A stretch of DNA of 62,277 bases from an uncultured Methanosarcinales archaeon. GTDB taxonomy: Archaea > Nanobdellota > Nanobdellia > Woesearchaeales > JACJVW01. Of the stretch, positions 36,020 to 45,392 are shown in pieces. The notes under the pieces are model-generated. The model saw only the letters and a program-made list of their open reading frames with translations, did no database searches and was not told where the DNA came from. Position numbers and translations under genes: made by a program. Location: the NCBI GenBank assembly GCA_964473285.1, contig CAYYOI010000002.1:1-62277 (forward strand), written 5' to 3'. Position 1 is the stretch's first letter; each line of letters opens with the position of its first letter.

Positions 36020-36558
36020 TTTATATTACTAACCTTTTGTTTTACCTGATCAATCATCTTGGAAATCTGGGATGGATCACGTTCCTTGGTTGATAGATTT
36101 TCTGCATAAGCCTCGATGTGCTTACCATTAATCCGGTCATCTGAAGGGAACTTCTCTTCATTACAGTTTATGTCAATCCCTGCATCCCTGATGCCCTTGA
36201 TAACTGCGAAGATCCGGGAACCTTTAGTAGGGGTCCTGAAACCAAGATCGACTACAAGATCTTTCAGTCCTGCTTTCTTGCATTTCATACCTGTCATGTA
36301 TCCTGTCAGATATGCTGCAGGGATATTTCCAAGGGTTCCTTTCCAACCATGATTTTTAAGCTCACCACTTTTTGCTTCAGCCAGAACCTTGTCACCTACT
36401 GGATCAAAGCTTATGACCTGTACCAGCATATTCTTAAGTGACTGGCGGATTACAAGGCGAGGTTTCTGGGACTGGACCAACCTAAGCCTTTTCTTATAAT
36501 TGGTCTTTCCTTCCTGTTTTCGCCTGTAAGGGATTGTCTTGATTGTTTTTCGTGTCAT
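36016..36558 (-). CDS. rpl18: ribosomal protein uL18
   Basis: YRRKQEGKTNYKKRLRLVQSQKPRLVIRQS; operon position. Confidence 0.92.
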   Translation of the reverse strand: MTRKTIKTIPYRRKQEGKTNYKKRLRLVQSQKPRLVIRQSLKNMLVQVISFDPVGDKVLAEAKSGELKNHGWKGTLGNIPAAYLTGYMTGMKCKKAGLKDLVVDLGFRTPTKGSRIFAVIKGIRDAGIDINCNEEKFPSDDRINGKHIEAYAENLSTKERDPSQISKMIDQVKQKVSNIK

Positions 36559-37001
36559 TTTTTATCGTTAATATACATCTTAAGGTGTCGCAGGCTTCTG
36601 AAGAATCCACCTTTTGCGTTGTTGTAGAGTTTCCTGTATTCCTCTGCTGATAAAACACCTTTCTCGCGAAGCTCTTTCAGGAGAGCACGCTGTTTCCTGA
36701 TACGGTTCATCCAGTCCTCTTTTCGAGGGAGCCTAGCTGTGTTTCTTCCTTTCCTGGAACCCTGGCCTTTTCTTCTTCCTTTACGCTTCTGCTCTGCAAA
36801 CTTTCGGGCACGTACACGGGAAGGACCAACTTCTGTTGCTTTCCAGATTCCATGTGACTTTATAAGATTGCGTAAATCTATTTTTGTGATGGATTCCTTG
36901 ATCTCGTCAAGCCTTGAGCTATCAAATACCACATTGCTTTCAGAGCACTTCAGTAGTTGTGCTGCCAGCCTTTTTTGATTTCGTAAATTCATAAGGATCA
37001 C
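36555..37001 (-). CDS. rpl19e: ribosomal protein eL19
   Basis: NLRNQKRLAAQLLKCS..RVRARKFAEQKRKGRRKGQGSRKG; operon position. Confidence 0.92.
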   Translation of the reverse strand: MILMNLRNQKRLAAQLLKCSESNVVFDSSRLDEIKESITKIDLRNLIKSHGIWKATEVGPSRVRARKFAEQKRKGRRKGQGSRKGRNTARLPRKEDWMNRIRKQRALLKELREKGVLSAEEYRKLYNNAKGGFFRSLRHLKMYINDKK

Positions 37002-37582
37002 TCTTTCTTGGTTATTACCTTGTCCTTCTCTTCTTTCTCTTTCTTCTTATGCTCATCGAGCTTGTCGGCAAGGTCTTCCTTTTCTTCTTCTTTCTCTTCT
37101 GCTTTTTTCTCTGCTTTCTCTTCTGCTTTCTTCTCTGCTTCTTTACGTCTCTTTTCTTTTGCTTTCTTTTCCTGCTGTTTTTTCTTCATCTCCTTGTCAA
37201 CTGAATCAAGGAATGCTTTTGGATCTTTTAGGTTGAGTATCGGAAATTTCTTTTCCTGAATTTTCTTTACAAGCTCAATCTTCTTTCTGGTTCCAACCTT
37301 TGCAGATATGATTGCTCCATCTCCTTCTTTCAAAGATTCAATGTCTGCAAGGGAGGAGATTATAACCTGCTTATATCCTTCAGGCGAAAGGCCTTTGCAG
37401 TCACGGGGTGAACCCCATCCGCACTCAGGACTTCGCTTATAACCTCTCTTATGAAGACGCATCTTTGATTGAAGACCTTTTGGTTTACGCCATTTATCAC
37501 CCAGCTTTGGCTTCTTGTGATTATCCTGGCGAGTGAATTCAGGTTTCTTCAGCTTGATTTGCTTGCGTAGTTCTAGGTTCAT
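36998..37582 (-). CDS. rpl32e: ribosomal protein eL32 with K/E-rich C-terminal tail
   Basis: FTRQDNHKKPKLGDKWRKPKGLQSKMR. About 65 aa of EKKAEEKAEKKAEEKEEEKE-type tail. Confidence 0.9.
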   Translation of the reverse strand: MNLELRKQIKLKKPEFTRQDNHKKPKLGDKWRKPKGLQSKMRLHKRGYKRSPECGWGSPRDCKGLSPEGYKQVIISSLADIESLKEGDGAIISAKVGTRKKIELVKKIQEKKFPILNLKDPKAFLDSVDKEMKKKQQEKKAKEKRRKEAEKKAEEKAEKKAEEKEEEKEDLADKLDEHKKKEKEEKDKVITKKE

Positions 37583-38124
37583 TTTATTTCCTTTCCTGCT
37601 TTGTTTGTGATATAGATACCATCCTGGAATATCCGTTTGTCCCGGTTGGTTATCCTGCAGAGCTGTTCAATGTCTGCTGCGACCTGACCGCAGATTTCGC
37701 GGTTTGTGCCTTCGACAGTTATGTCATTTCCGTCAATCTTAACGTCAGCACCTTCTTTAATATTAAGTACCCTTGGTACTTTTTCTCCAAGGAAGTTCTT
37801 GATTATGAATTGCCCTTTATTGACAGAGACATTCATAGGAAAGTGTCCTGAACATATCTTTAGCTTATATGTGAACTTTTCTGTGACGCCTTTTATCAGG
37901 TTCCGGGCATGTGCACGATAGGAATGAATCTTTGCTTTTTCACTACGGGTTGAATTATCGCACTTGAAAGTGATCTTATCAGTTGCAGTAATTGTTACCT
38001 TAGGATCTATCATCTTCTTTTTGGCTTCTCCCATCGGACCTTTAACTACAAGTTCCTTATCCTTATACTCGGCAGTTATGCCTTCAGGAATTTCTATTTC
38101 CTCATGAATTTGTTTCTCTTTCAT
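37579..38124 (-). CDS. rpl6: ribosomal protein uL6
   Basis: Two-domain uL6 pattern (..VKGPMGE.., ..HFPMNV..); operon position. Confidence 0.92.
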   Translation of the reverse strand: MKEKQIHEEIEIPEGITAEYKDKELVVKGPMGEAKKKMIDPKVTITATDKITFKCDNSTRSEKAKIHSYRAHARNLIKGVTEKFTYKLKICSGHFPMNVSVNKGQFIIKNFLGEKVPRVLNIKEGADVKIDGNDITVEGTNREICGQVAADIEQLCRITNRDKRIFQDGIYITNKAGKEIK

Positions 38125-38125
38125 T

Positions 38126-38518
38126 TTAGTAACAGTAAGCGATTAATTTTCCTCCAATGTTTTTCTTCTTGGCCTGGGTATGAGTCATGACACCCTGGGA
38201 GGTTGAAACAATCATTATCCCAACATTTCTTGCAGGGAGGAACCTTTTCTCGTATTTTTCATATCCTTCGGTCTGAATTGAAAAGCGGGGCTTGATCGCA
38301 CCAGCCTTATTTATCTTACCAATCAGATTCACTGTGAATGATGTGCCTTTACTGTCAGGATTTTCTTCGAAAGATCCAAGATATCCTTCTTCCCTGAGAA
38401 TCTCAAGGACCCTACTAATAGTTTTATTGACAGGAAAGAGAGTCACCTGTTTCTTGCTCACGTTTTCACTGTTTACTATTGATGATAATGCATTTGCTAG
38501 TGGATCGTTTAATACCAT
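38126..38518 (-). CDS. rps8: ribosomal protein uS8
   Basis: [21 protein letters not shown] 38518 is preferred; the track ORF extends to 38596 across uS14. Confidence 0.9.
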   Translation of the reverse strand: MVLNDPLANALSSIVNSENVSKKQVTLFPVNKTISRVLEILREEGYLGSFEENPDSKGTSFTVNLIGKINKAGAIKPRFSIQTEGYEKYEKRFLPARNVGIMIVSTSQGVMTHTQAKKKNIGGKLIAYCY

Positions 38519-38525
38519 TTTACAC

Positions 38526-38756
38526 CTAACTATATTTTTTGAATCCGATCTTTGTCGCAATCTCCCTGAAGCACTGCCTGCAAAGGTTAAGACCATACTT
38601 GCTTATATGTGCCCGGGTCCTTCCGCATCTCCTGCAATGATAAAGGTTTATACCTGTGCTACGCTCCTTTGGGGCGTTATGCTTCTTGAATTTCTCAAGC
38701 GCATAGGGTCGTGCTTTCAGTTGTTTGAAGACCTTTTTATAATCGCTATACGTCAT
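38526..38756 (-). CDS. rps14: ribosomal protein uS14 (zinc-binding type)
   Basis: [25 protein letters not shown]; operon position. Confidence 0.9.
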   Translation of the reverse strand: MTYSDYKKVFKQLKARPYALEKFKKHNAPKERSTGINLYHCRRCGRTRAHISKYGLNLCRQCFREIATKIGFKKYS

Positions 38757-39269
38757 TTATTCTTCACCAAGTTTAATTTCATATGATTCTTTCATGAACT
38801 GGATCGCTTCTTCCTGTTTTATCTTATGGGAAGAGGGCAATTGCTTCTTGAAGAGCTTTCTTCTCTTAATCCTGAATCCAGGACGTTCAAGGGTCACAGT
38901 GACCTGAAACCCCATGATACCTATGTCTGCATTATATTCAATATCAGGTATGTCTATGTATTCATCAATCCCAAAGGATATGTTGCCGTTATCATCGAAA
39001 CATGATTGATTGAGGATATGGTCCTTTGCTCCCAAAAGCGGTCTTAGCACCTTATCGGCTTTCTTCCCCCTAAGGGTAAGCTTGCAACCGATTGGTAGAC
39101 CTGGTCTCAGGCCCCAGCCTGCGATACGTTTTGAAGTGATTGTCTTTACAGGCTCTATTCCTACTATGTGCTTAATAAGAGCGATGCCTTTCTCAAGCTT
39201 TTGTTGTTCTTTTCCTGTCCCTACGTTCAAGGTCAGTTTCTCGATCCGAATGTTTCGCATGGGATTCAT
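38757..39269 (-). CDS. rpl5: ribosomal protein uL5
   Basis: NPMRNIRIEKLTLNVGTG; operon position. Confidence 0.93.
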   Translation of the reverse strand: MNPMRNIRIEKLTLNVGTGKEQQKLEKGIALIKHIVGIEPVKTITSKRIAGWGLRPGLPIGCKLTLRGKKADKVLRPLLGAKDHILNQSCFDDNGNISFGIDEYIDIPDIEYNADIGIMGFQVTVTLERPGFRIKRRKLFKKQLPSSHKIKQEEAIQFMKESYEIKLGEE

Positions 39270-39274
39270 TGTGC

Positions 39275-39943
39275 TTACATAGTAATTTGCGGTTTCTTGG
39301 TGCCTATGACAAAGGCATACTGCTTGTCTGTCTCTACAAGCTGACCGTCATTTTTGTATATGATCTTGTCATCCTGTATCTCGTCGATAACACCACTGTT
39401 GCCTTTGTGGCGACCTCCGGTCAGGAAGACATATGCTCCTTTCTGCAAAGGGATGTGCTCTTTTATGTTCTTTCCTTCGAGGATAAGGGAATCTCCGGTC
39501 TTATATTCGTCTTTTTCGACGATAAGATTTCCTCCGCTGTTGAAGTTGAGCTGAGTCCTGTTTCCTTTGAGCTTAGCCTTATTCTTTATCTGAACAATAT
39601 GATTGGATTCATCAGTCTCCTTTGCTATAAGCTTACCCTGAGTGTTTAGGAGTATCCGGAAATTCTGCCCGGTCTCATCAATGGTAACTGAGTCCATTAT
39701 GCCCACAGGCTGTCGGTAACCTTTTACCTTCAACCCATTGATCTTTATTGTCTTGTTGTTGATCAGGTATTTTACATCCTTTGTATTAGCAGCAATCCTT
39801 GCCATGTCCTTGCAAAAGATAGTGAAAGGTACACTTGTCTCTATGCTGTGAGCGCCTGGTTTAGGGCAAGTGACGAATACGTTCGCCTTTCGCAGGATCT
39901 TCCAGTTTCTTGGTGCCGCTATTCTTTTCAGGTGATTTTTCAT
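39275..39943 (-). CDS. rps4e: ribosomal protein eS4
   Basis: HLKRIAAPRNWKILRK; operon position. Confidence 0.93.
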   Translation of the reverse strand: MKNHLKRIAAPRNWKILRKANVFVTCPKPGAHSIETSVPFTIFCKDMARIAANTKDVKYLINNKTIKINGLKVKGYRQPVGIMDSVTIDETGQNFRILLNTQGKLIAKETDESNHIVQIKNKAKLKGNRTQLNFNSGGNLIVEKDEYKTGDSLILEGKNIKEHIPLQKGAYVFLTGGRHKGNSGVIDEIQDDKIIYKNDGQLVETDKQYAFVIGTKKPQITM

Positions 39944-40323
39944 TTTGCCTCAACTTTCTGTTTTCTTTTTTTGTCATCGAGGACAGGACTTTCAATCATA
40001 AGATTGGAAGGGTGTATCGGATATAGTGTCTTACTCCCGTCTTTTTTTGCCATCTCAATGCCTGTGATGTATACCCTCTCTTCACGAAGGGAAATCCGCT
40101 CTACTTTTCCGTCTTTCCCTTTATACTGGCCACGCATGATGCGAACCTTATCGCCTGTTCGCAAACCCAGGCTTCGATGCCCATTCTTCCGGAGATCTTT
40201 TGAGAGGGATGCCCGCATGAACTTCTGCCTTGTATGCAGAGGCGCGTTAGCACGATACTTACGCTGCTTTCGCGTCTGACTGCTCCTTATCCATTTATTT
40301 GAAAATGCTTTCATTTTAATCAT
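39940..40323 (-). CDS. rpl24: ribosomal protein uL24
   Basis: KVRIMRGQYKGKDGKVERI (KOW motif); operon position. Confidence 0.92.
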   Translation of the reverse strand: MIKMKAFSNKWIRSSQTRKQRKYRANAPLHTRQKFMRASLSKDLRKNGHRSLGLRTGDKVRIMRGQYKGKDGKVERISLREERVYITGIEMAKKDGSKTLYPIHPSNLMIESPVLDDKKRKQKVEAK

Positions 40324-40721
40324 ACTATGATATTTGCAACCTTGGAAACTCCAGGGAATCTTTCACAAACTTCTTTTGCTACTGCGCCTTTGAAGATTGT
40401 ACCTTTGGGATTCCCTTTCAGGTCTTTCAGGACAACTGCTGCATTGTCCTCGAATTTGACCCTTGTGCCGTCAGGTCTGCGGTATTCCTTGCATTGCCTT
40501 ACTATAACTGCAAAGACCACCTGCTTTCTTATTTCAGGTTTCCCTTTCTGAACAGATGCCTGCACCAGATCACCTATACCTGCAGCAGGAACTCTTCCTT
40601 TAACAGTCTTGTGGCCTTTGACACTGATGATCTTTAGGACCTTTGCGCCGGAGTTATCACAGGTTGGAACTCGTGCCCCGACTGGCAGTGCTTTTGTTGT
40701 GCTTGCTTTAATTGGTTTCAT
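40320..40721 (-). CDS. rpl14: ribosomal protein uL14
   Basis: CDNSGAKVLKIISVKG..RRPDGTRVKFEDNAAV. ATG 40721 (MKPIKAS) is preferred over track start 40742. Confidence 0.92.
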   Translation of the reverse strand: MKPIKASTTKALPVGARVPTCDNSGAKVLKIISVKGHKTVKGRVPAAGIGDLVQASVQKGKPEIRKQVVFAVIVRQCKEYRRPDGTRVKFEDNAAVVLKDLKGNPKGTIFKGAVAKEVCERFPGVSKVANIIV

Positions 40722-41058
40722 TGTGCTTTTCAACAACCTCAACTATGACATTATTGACTGTCTTGCTGATAGGACGGGTCAGTGCAATCTTTACTATGTC
40801 ACCTTCCTCAACCTTGAGGCAAGGGGGATTGTGAACCTTCATTTTCGTCCTTTTCTTTTCGTATCGTTCGTATTTTGGGACATATACTCGCCTTTCCATT
40901 TCGATAACCGAGGTATTGTTCATCCTGTTACGGATTACTTTTCCCTTGGTGACCCTGTTTTTAACATTAAGGGTGCCGTGGAAAGGGCATTTCTTGTCAT
41001 CACAGGTCTCCTGTGGTGATGCTACTTTGATCCCAATCTTATTTTCTTTTTGAACCAT
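40708..41058 (-). CDS. rps17: ribosomal protein uS17
   Basis: CDDKKCPFHGTLNVK; operon position. Confidence 0.92.
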   Translation of the reverse strand: MVQKENKIGIKVASPQETCDDKKCPFHGTLNVKNRVTKGKVIRNRMNNTSVIEMERRVYVPKYERYEKKRTKMKVHNPPCLKVEEGDIVKIALTRPISKTVNNVIVEVVEKHNETN

Positions 41059-41303
41059 TTTTTGAGTCTCTCTTCGGGACGACCAGTCAGCTTACTGCCA
41101 TCAATTGTCGTCTTGTTGATTATGAAGGTGCTCTGATGCTTGATCAGGCGCCGTCTGCCGGTGTCTGTCTCTACAAGCAGCGTGTGCTTGGTCTCATCAA
41201 TGATCCTGCCTTCCAGGCCGACCAGTGATGTGTTCTGTGACTTTTTGATTTTTAGGTGTTTTCCGATGAGATCGGTAAACATATCAGCATCTATTTTTTT
41301 CAT
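41022..41303 (-). CDS. rnp1: RNase P protein component 1 (Rpp29/Pop4)
   Basis: LIGKHLKIKKSQNTSLVGLEGRIIDETKHTLLVE (Sm-like fold motif). Canonical position between uL29/SUI1 and uS17. Confidence 0.85.
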   Translation of the reverse strand: MKKIDADMFTDLIGKHLKIKKSQNTSLVGLEGRIIDETKHTLLVETDTGRRRLIKHQSTFIINKTTIDGSKLTGRPEERLKKWFKKKIRLGSK

Positions 41304-41323
41304 TCTTACCGTGTGGGTAAGGT

Positions 41324-41632
41324 TTATTTGATCTCTATCGTGTCCGGAGCGAACCCGTATTCAACAAGCTTTTTCTTAACTGCTGTCTTGTGATTGCCCT
41401 GCAGCTCAATCTTGCCGTCCTTAACGGTTCCTCCGCAGGCGAACTCGCTCTTGAGTTTCTTGCCGATGTCTTTGACATCGATCTCTCTTGAATCGATGCC
41501 ACTTACCACCGTATTCACCTTCCCGAATTTCTTCTTGATGGTGCCGATGGTTATCTTCTGGCTTTCCTTTGCTATCGACTCGCAGACACAGAGGTCTGTT
41601 GGTAATCCACACGTTGGACATATATCTGTCAT
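41324..41632 (-). CDS. sui1: translation initiation factor aSUI1/eIF1
   Basis: N-terminal CPTCGLPTDLCVC zinc knuckle plus KLKSEFACGGTVKDGKIELQGNH. Confidence 0.9.
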   Translation of the reverse strand: MTDICPTCGLPTDLCVCESIAKESQKITIGTIKKKFGKVNTVVSGIDSREIDVKDIGKKLKSEFACGGTVKDGKIELQGNHKTAVKKKLVEYGFAPDTIEIK

Positions 41633-41832
41633 ACTTTTGTACCTTTGGTTTTTGAATGCAGCAATGTATTTATGCGCGCAATTGTCTTTTTCAATTGCTT
41701 TACCTGCCCTGGACTCTTTGGTGTAGTGCCGGTTGCGATCTGCGCGTTTTGCTTCATCAATTCCTTTTTGGCTTCATCAAGCTTATCCTTGAGTTCGCCT
41801 TCCGATAACGTATGGAGTTCTTTTACCTTCAT
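41629..41832 (-). CDS. rpl29: ribosomal protein uL29
   Basis: ELHTLSEGELKDKLDEAKKELMKQ; operon position. Confidence 0.9.
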   Translation of the reverse strand: MKVKELHTLSEGELKDKLDEAKKELMKQNAQIATGTTPKSPGQVKQLKKTIARINTLLHSKTKGTKV

Positions 41833-42593
41833 TTTTTCTTAGTTTTTTTGGTCTTTTTCTTCTTCGCTGACGCTTTCTTTGTCGACGCTTTCTTCTCTTC
41901 TTCTTTTATTTCAGCTTCTTCAGTTGCTTCAGTTGATTCTTCTGTCACTTCAGATTCTTCAGGCTCTATCTCTTCTACTGTTTCTTCAAAGACCTCTTCT
42001 TTTCGGAGTGTGATGCTATCAGGAAGTTCGATGTCAGGAGGCATGAGCCTTACCTGTATTCCGATTATTCCTGTCTTGAGTTTTGCATTTACCAATGATT
42101 GACGCACACCGCTTATTGCAATATCCCCGCATTTTTTGAGATATCCCTGGTAAAACCGCCATCTTTTTGCACGTGCGCCGGGTATCTTGCCGGAGATAAG
42201 GATCTCAATCCCTAAAGCCCCTGATTTCATGACATCATCCATTACACGGTGTCCTATTCCTTTGAAACGATTCGTTCCAAACCTTTCTAGAGTTGATGCG
42301 ATCCTTTCTGCAACAACCTTTGCATCTAGATTGACGTTTTCTACCTCATTTATCTCTATCTGAGGGTTCTCAAGCTCAAAGGACCCTTTGAGATATTCGG
42401 TGATTGCCTTTATGTTCTCCCCTTTTCGCCCTACAACAAAACCTGGGCGAGCGGCAGTAATTATTATCTTTTCACCTAGTGGTGTCCTTTTCAATTGGGT
42501 ACTGCTATGTCCTACGTTATTAAGCTTACTTGACACATGTTCCTCTATCATGAACTCTTTCATTCGTTGTTCGATGAATTTTTTCTCAATCAT
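41829..42593 (-). CDS. rps3: ribosomal protein uS3 with acidic-then-basic C-terminal tail
   Basis: KKFIEQRMKEFMIEEHV.. (KH domain). Tail EEIEPEESEVTEESTEATEEAEIKEEEKKASTKKASAKKKKTKKTKKK. Confidence 0.92.
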   Translation of the reverse strand: MIEKKFIEQRMKEFMIEEHVSSKLNNVGHSSTQLKRTPLGEKIIITAARPGFVVGRKGENIKAITEYLKGSFELENPQIEINEVENVNLDAKVVAERIASTLERFGTNRFKGIGHRVMDDVMKSGALGIEILISGKIPGARAKRWRFYQGYLKKCGDIAISGVRQSLVNAKLKTGIIGIQVRLMPPDIELPDSITLRKEEVFEETVEEIEPEESEVTEESTEATEEAEIKEEEKKASTKKASAKKKKTKKTKKK

Positions 42594-43230
42594 TTTTTGT
42601 CTGGGCCTTCTGGGTTGATTCGGATTTTGTTTTTTTCTCGGATTCTGTACTTGCCGGTTTTGAAACTTTTGATTCAGGCTTTTTAGTTTCTTTATTTACT
42701 TTTTTGGTTGCCTCGGATTCTGCCTCTTTTCCTGATTCAGGCTTCTTAGGTTCTTTTTTTGCAGTTTTGGGCTCTGCTTTTTTCTTTGCTTTCTCCTCTG
42801 GCATTTCGACTATGACTTCTAAGTGGGTCCGTTTTGCAACAACACCTCTCTTTCTTCCATGTCTCATCTGCTGAGGGCCTCTGTTTGCGAGTATGTGTAT
42901 TATCTTGAGCTTTGTGATATCAAGACCTTTGAATTTTGCATTGGATTCTGCATTCTCCAACAAATCATGGATTGCACTACAGGTATTTTCAGGATACTTG
43001 CCAGGGCCTATGCCTGGCTTATGGCCTGCACCTTCCTGGTTGAACCTTCGCATTGGAAGTGGCCGCTTGTGTGCTATTATCTCTTCTAGCTCTTTCTTTG
43101 CCCTTGCAAGAGGTTTTCCACGGATGAAGTTACAGACCTCTATTGCCTGCTTTGTGGAGACTCCTGCATTCAAAGCTAAAGCTTTGGCAGTGTTCTCTTT
43201 GATGTTTTGAGCTGAATAGTTGTATCCCAT
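42586..43230 (-). CDS. rpl22: ribosomal protein uL22 with K/E/S-rich C-terminal tail
   Basis: MGYNYSAQ..AKALALNAGVSTKQAIEVCNFIRG. ATG 43230 is preferred over track start 43269. About 70 aa of low-complexity tail. Confidence 0.9.
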   Translation of the reverse strand: MGYNYSAQNIKENTAKALALNAGVSTKQAIEVCNFIRGKPLARAKKELEEIIAHKRPLPMRRFNQEGAGHKPGIGPGKYPENTCSAIHDLLENAESNAKFKGLDITKLKIIHILANRGPQQMRHGRKRGVVAKRTHLEVIVEMPEEKAKKKAEPKTAKKEPKKPESGKEAESEATKKVNKETKKPESKVSKPASTESEKKTKSESTQKAQTKND

Positions 43231-43231
43231 T

Positions 43232-43618
43232 TTACTTCTTCTGCACTCCAGCGCTTGATCGTGATGCACCTACGCCTGGTGAACTGTGAGCTACCCGGTT
43301 TCTGGATTGCACAAACTCACCCAAGGTATGCCCTACCATCTCTGGAAGAATCTCCAGGTCCTGGAAGACCTTGCCTGTGTGCACTTTAACTTTCTTGCTT
43401 ATCATCTCAGGCAGCACAACCATTGTACGACAATGAGTCTTTACAGGTTTGTTCCTGTCTTTTGCGAGCTTATCAAGGAATTTCTTTTCTTCGTCAGTGA
43501 ATCCCCTGTTTATTGTTCTTCTTATACGGGATGTTGTGATTCTTGCAAATTCACCTGCTGTCATCTGTTTAAGCTCTTCAACAGATTTGCCTTTGTAGCG
43601 GAATTCTTTCTTTGCCAT
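43232..43618 (-). CDS. rps19: ribosomal protein uS19
   Basis: KTHCRTMVVLPEMI..VHTGK.F..LEI.PEMVGH.LGEF; operon position. Confidence 0.93.
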   Translation of the reverse strand: MAKKEFRYKGKSVEELKQMTAGEFARITTSRIRRTINRGFTDEEKKFLDKLAKDRNKPVKTHCRTMVVLPEMISKKVKVHTGKVFQDLEILPEMVGHTLGEFVQSRNRVAHSSPGVGASRSSAGVQKK

Positions 43619-43623
43619 GATGA

Positions 43624-44337
43624 TTACCTTTTCTTCCTTCCTGTCCGTTTTGCTCCGACCATACCGACCTTCCGACCAGGAGGAGCACTCTTTGGTGTAA
43701 CTCTTGCGCGGGCCTTTCTTGATGAACGACTGTTTCCAAATGGATGGTCTACCGCGTTCATGGATGCACCAGACACACGAGGATACAGCTTGTTCTTGAT
43801 CTTCATGCGATAATACTTGTTACCTGCCTTGACAAGAGGTTTTTCGCTAATCCCTGTACCGGCTATAATACCTATGTTTGCGCGGCATGAACCGTTGAAA
43901 TCTCTCTTTTTCTTTGATGGTAACTGGATTGTGGTCATTTTGTCGCTCCTTGCAACAACTTTTGCAAATGTTCCTGCAGCGCGGCAGAACTTTCCACCAT
44001 CGCCTGGAGCTGATTCAATGTTGTACACAAGAGCACCTTCAGGGATGTCCTTTAACTGTAAGGTGTTTCCAACCTGCGCATCAGCATTTCCACAGGAAAC
44101 CATCTCTCCTACCCTAATTCCTTCAGGGGCTAAGAGAAGACTGTATTCCTGATCTTCGTATTCTACAAGGGCAAGGGGAGCACTATGGCCCCTGCATTTG
44201 ACAAGGTCCACAACCATACCTGAGACAGGTTCTTCTGTATAACTCCTGTGTTTTGCTGCGCCCTTATATTTGGAACTAGGAGCACGGTATCTTGGACCAC
44301 CTTTTCCTCTTGCTTGTGATATTATTCGCTTTCCCAT
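43624..44337 (-). CDS. rpl2: ribosomal protein uL2
   Basis: GNVIESAPGDGGKFCRAAG..MNAVDHPFG; operon position. Confidence 0.95.
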   Translation of the reverse strand: MGKRIISQARGKGGPRYRAPSSKYKGAAKHRSYTEEPVSGMVVDLVKCRGHSAPLALVEYEDQEYSLLLAPEGIRVGEMVSCGNADAQVGNTLQLKDIPEGALVYNIESAPGDGGKFCRAAGTFAKVVARSDKMTTIQLPSKKKRDFNGSCRANIGIIAGTGISEKPLVKAGNKYYRMKIKNKLYPRVSGASMNAVDHPFGNSRSSRKARARVTPKSAPPGRKVGMVGAKRTGRKKR

Positions 44338-44338
44338 T

Positions 44339-44590
44339 TTACATTAAGCCTAAGTTTGTAGCGATATCAATTGCAGGGTATTCTGAAGCAAACTTGACAT
44401 AAGCACGCTTTTCCCCTTCTGATGTGATGAATGTGTTAACATTCTCAACCTTTACATTGAACAAGGTCTCTATTGATTGCTTTATCTCTTGTTTCTTCGC
44501 CTTGATTCCGACTGCAAAGATCAGCTTATTCTCTGCTTCCATCAGTCTCAATGACTTCTCTGTTGATAGTGCATGCTTTATGATTTCCAT
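44339..44590 (-). CDS. rpl23: ribosomal protein uL23
   Basis: TEKSLRLMEAENKLIFAV..KKQEIKQSIETLFNVKV; operon position. Confidence 0.92.
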   Translation of the reverse strand: MEIIKHALSTEKSLRLMEAENKLIFAVGIKAKKQEIKQSIETLFNVKVENVNTFITSEGEKRAYVKFASEYPAIDIATNLGLM

Positions 44591-44591
44591 T

Positions 44592-45392
44592 TTACATGAA
44601 CAATTTTTCTTTTTTCATCCGCTCGATTGCCTGAGCGGTGAATAGTGTTGCACGGCCAGCGATGGTACCTGGTGCAAGGACACTAGCGTTAAGCTCGTTT
44701 ACTAAGGTCACATCCACTCCTGGAAGGTTCTTTGTCGCTTTTATCGCTTCGCAAGATCCGGATACAACCACAAGCGGACCTTTTCGCTTTTTATAGCGGC
44801 GATTCCTCATGGTGCCTTTTCCTGCACGGATTGTTTTTTGCCGTGATCTGTTCAGTTCTTCATCAAGACCTGCGGTCTTGAGATATTTGATCACTTCATT
44901 GGTCTTTTTTAGACTTTCAAATGATTCATCAAGTATGAATGGATAATCTTTAGGTATCTTATGACCTCTTGCGCTTACCATTTCAGCTACAGCTGTTGCA
45001 GCTATTGCGCTTCTTATGGCCTTGCGATTCTCTTTTTTGTTGAGTTTCTGGCCCCATTTCTTTTCTGCCTTTGGTGCGTGTGCACGACGGCCTCCAACTG
45101 TTCCTGGAATCTGTGCGCCTACCCAGAAGAACCTTGTACCACGCCGGGTTAGAATCTTTCTAGGTACTCGTGAGATACCGAAACCGTATGAGCCCCTGTA
45201 TTTTCTTCGTCGCCGGGAAAGTTCTGCAGAGTGTTTTTGTCCTGCCCTGGGATCACTGCCGTAAGCGTGACGGGCATTGTTCTCTGCAGCAAAGACTGCA
45301 CGCCTGATAAGATCTTCCCTGACTGGCTCGTTGAACTGCTCAGGAAGTTCTCCTTTTGTGTCCTTTTCTTTTCCTTTGATTGCGACCTTCAT
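44592..45392 (-). CDS. rpl4: ribosomal protein uL4
   Basis: SYGFGISRVPR..GGRRAHAPK; operon position. Confidence 0.93.
   Translation of the reverse strand: MKVAIKGKEKDTKGELPEQFNEPVREDLIRRAVFAAENNARHAYGSDPRAGQKHSAELSRRRRKYRGSYGFGISRVPRKILTRRGTRFFWVGAQIPGTVGGRRAHAPKAEKKWGQKLNKKENRKAIRSAIAATAVAEMVSARGHKIPKDYPFILDESFESLKKTNEVIKYLKTAGLDEELNRSRQKTIRAGKGTMRNRRYKKRKGPLVVVSGSCEAIKATKNLPGVDVTLVNELNASVLAPGTIAGRATLFTAQAIERMKKEKLFM

Noticed and set aside
37008-37259. ORF MVITLSFSSFSFFLCSSS.. Likewise 41812..42102 and 41645..41842.
   Set aside because: These are antisense readings of the K/E-rich low-complexity tails of eL32, uS3 and uL29. They are a compositional artefact.
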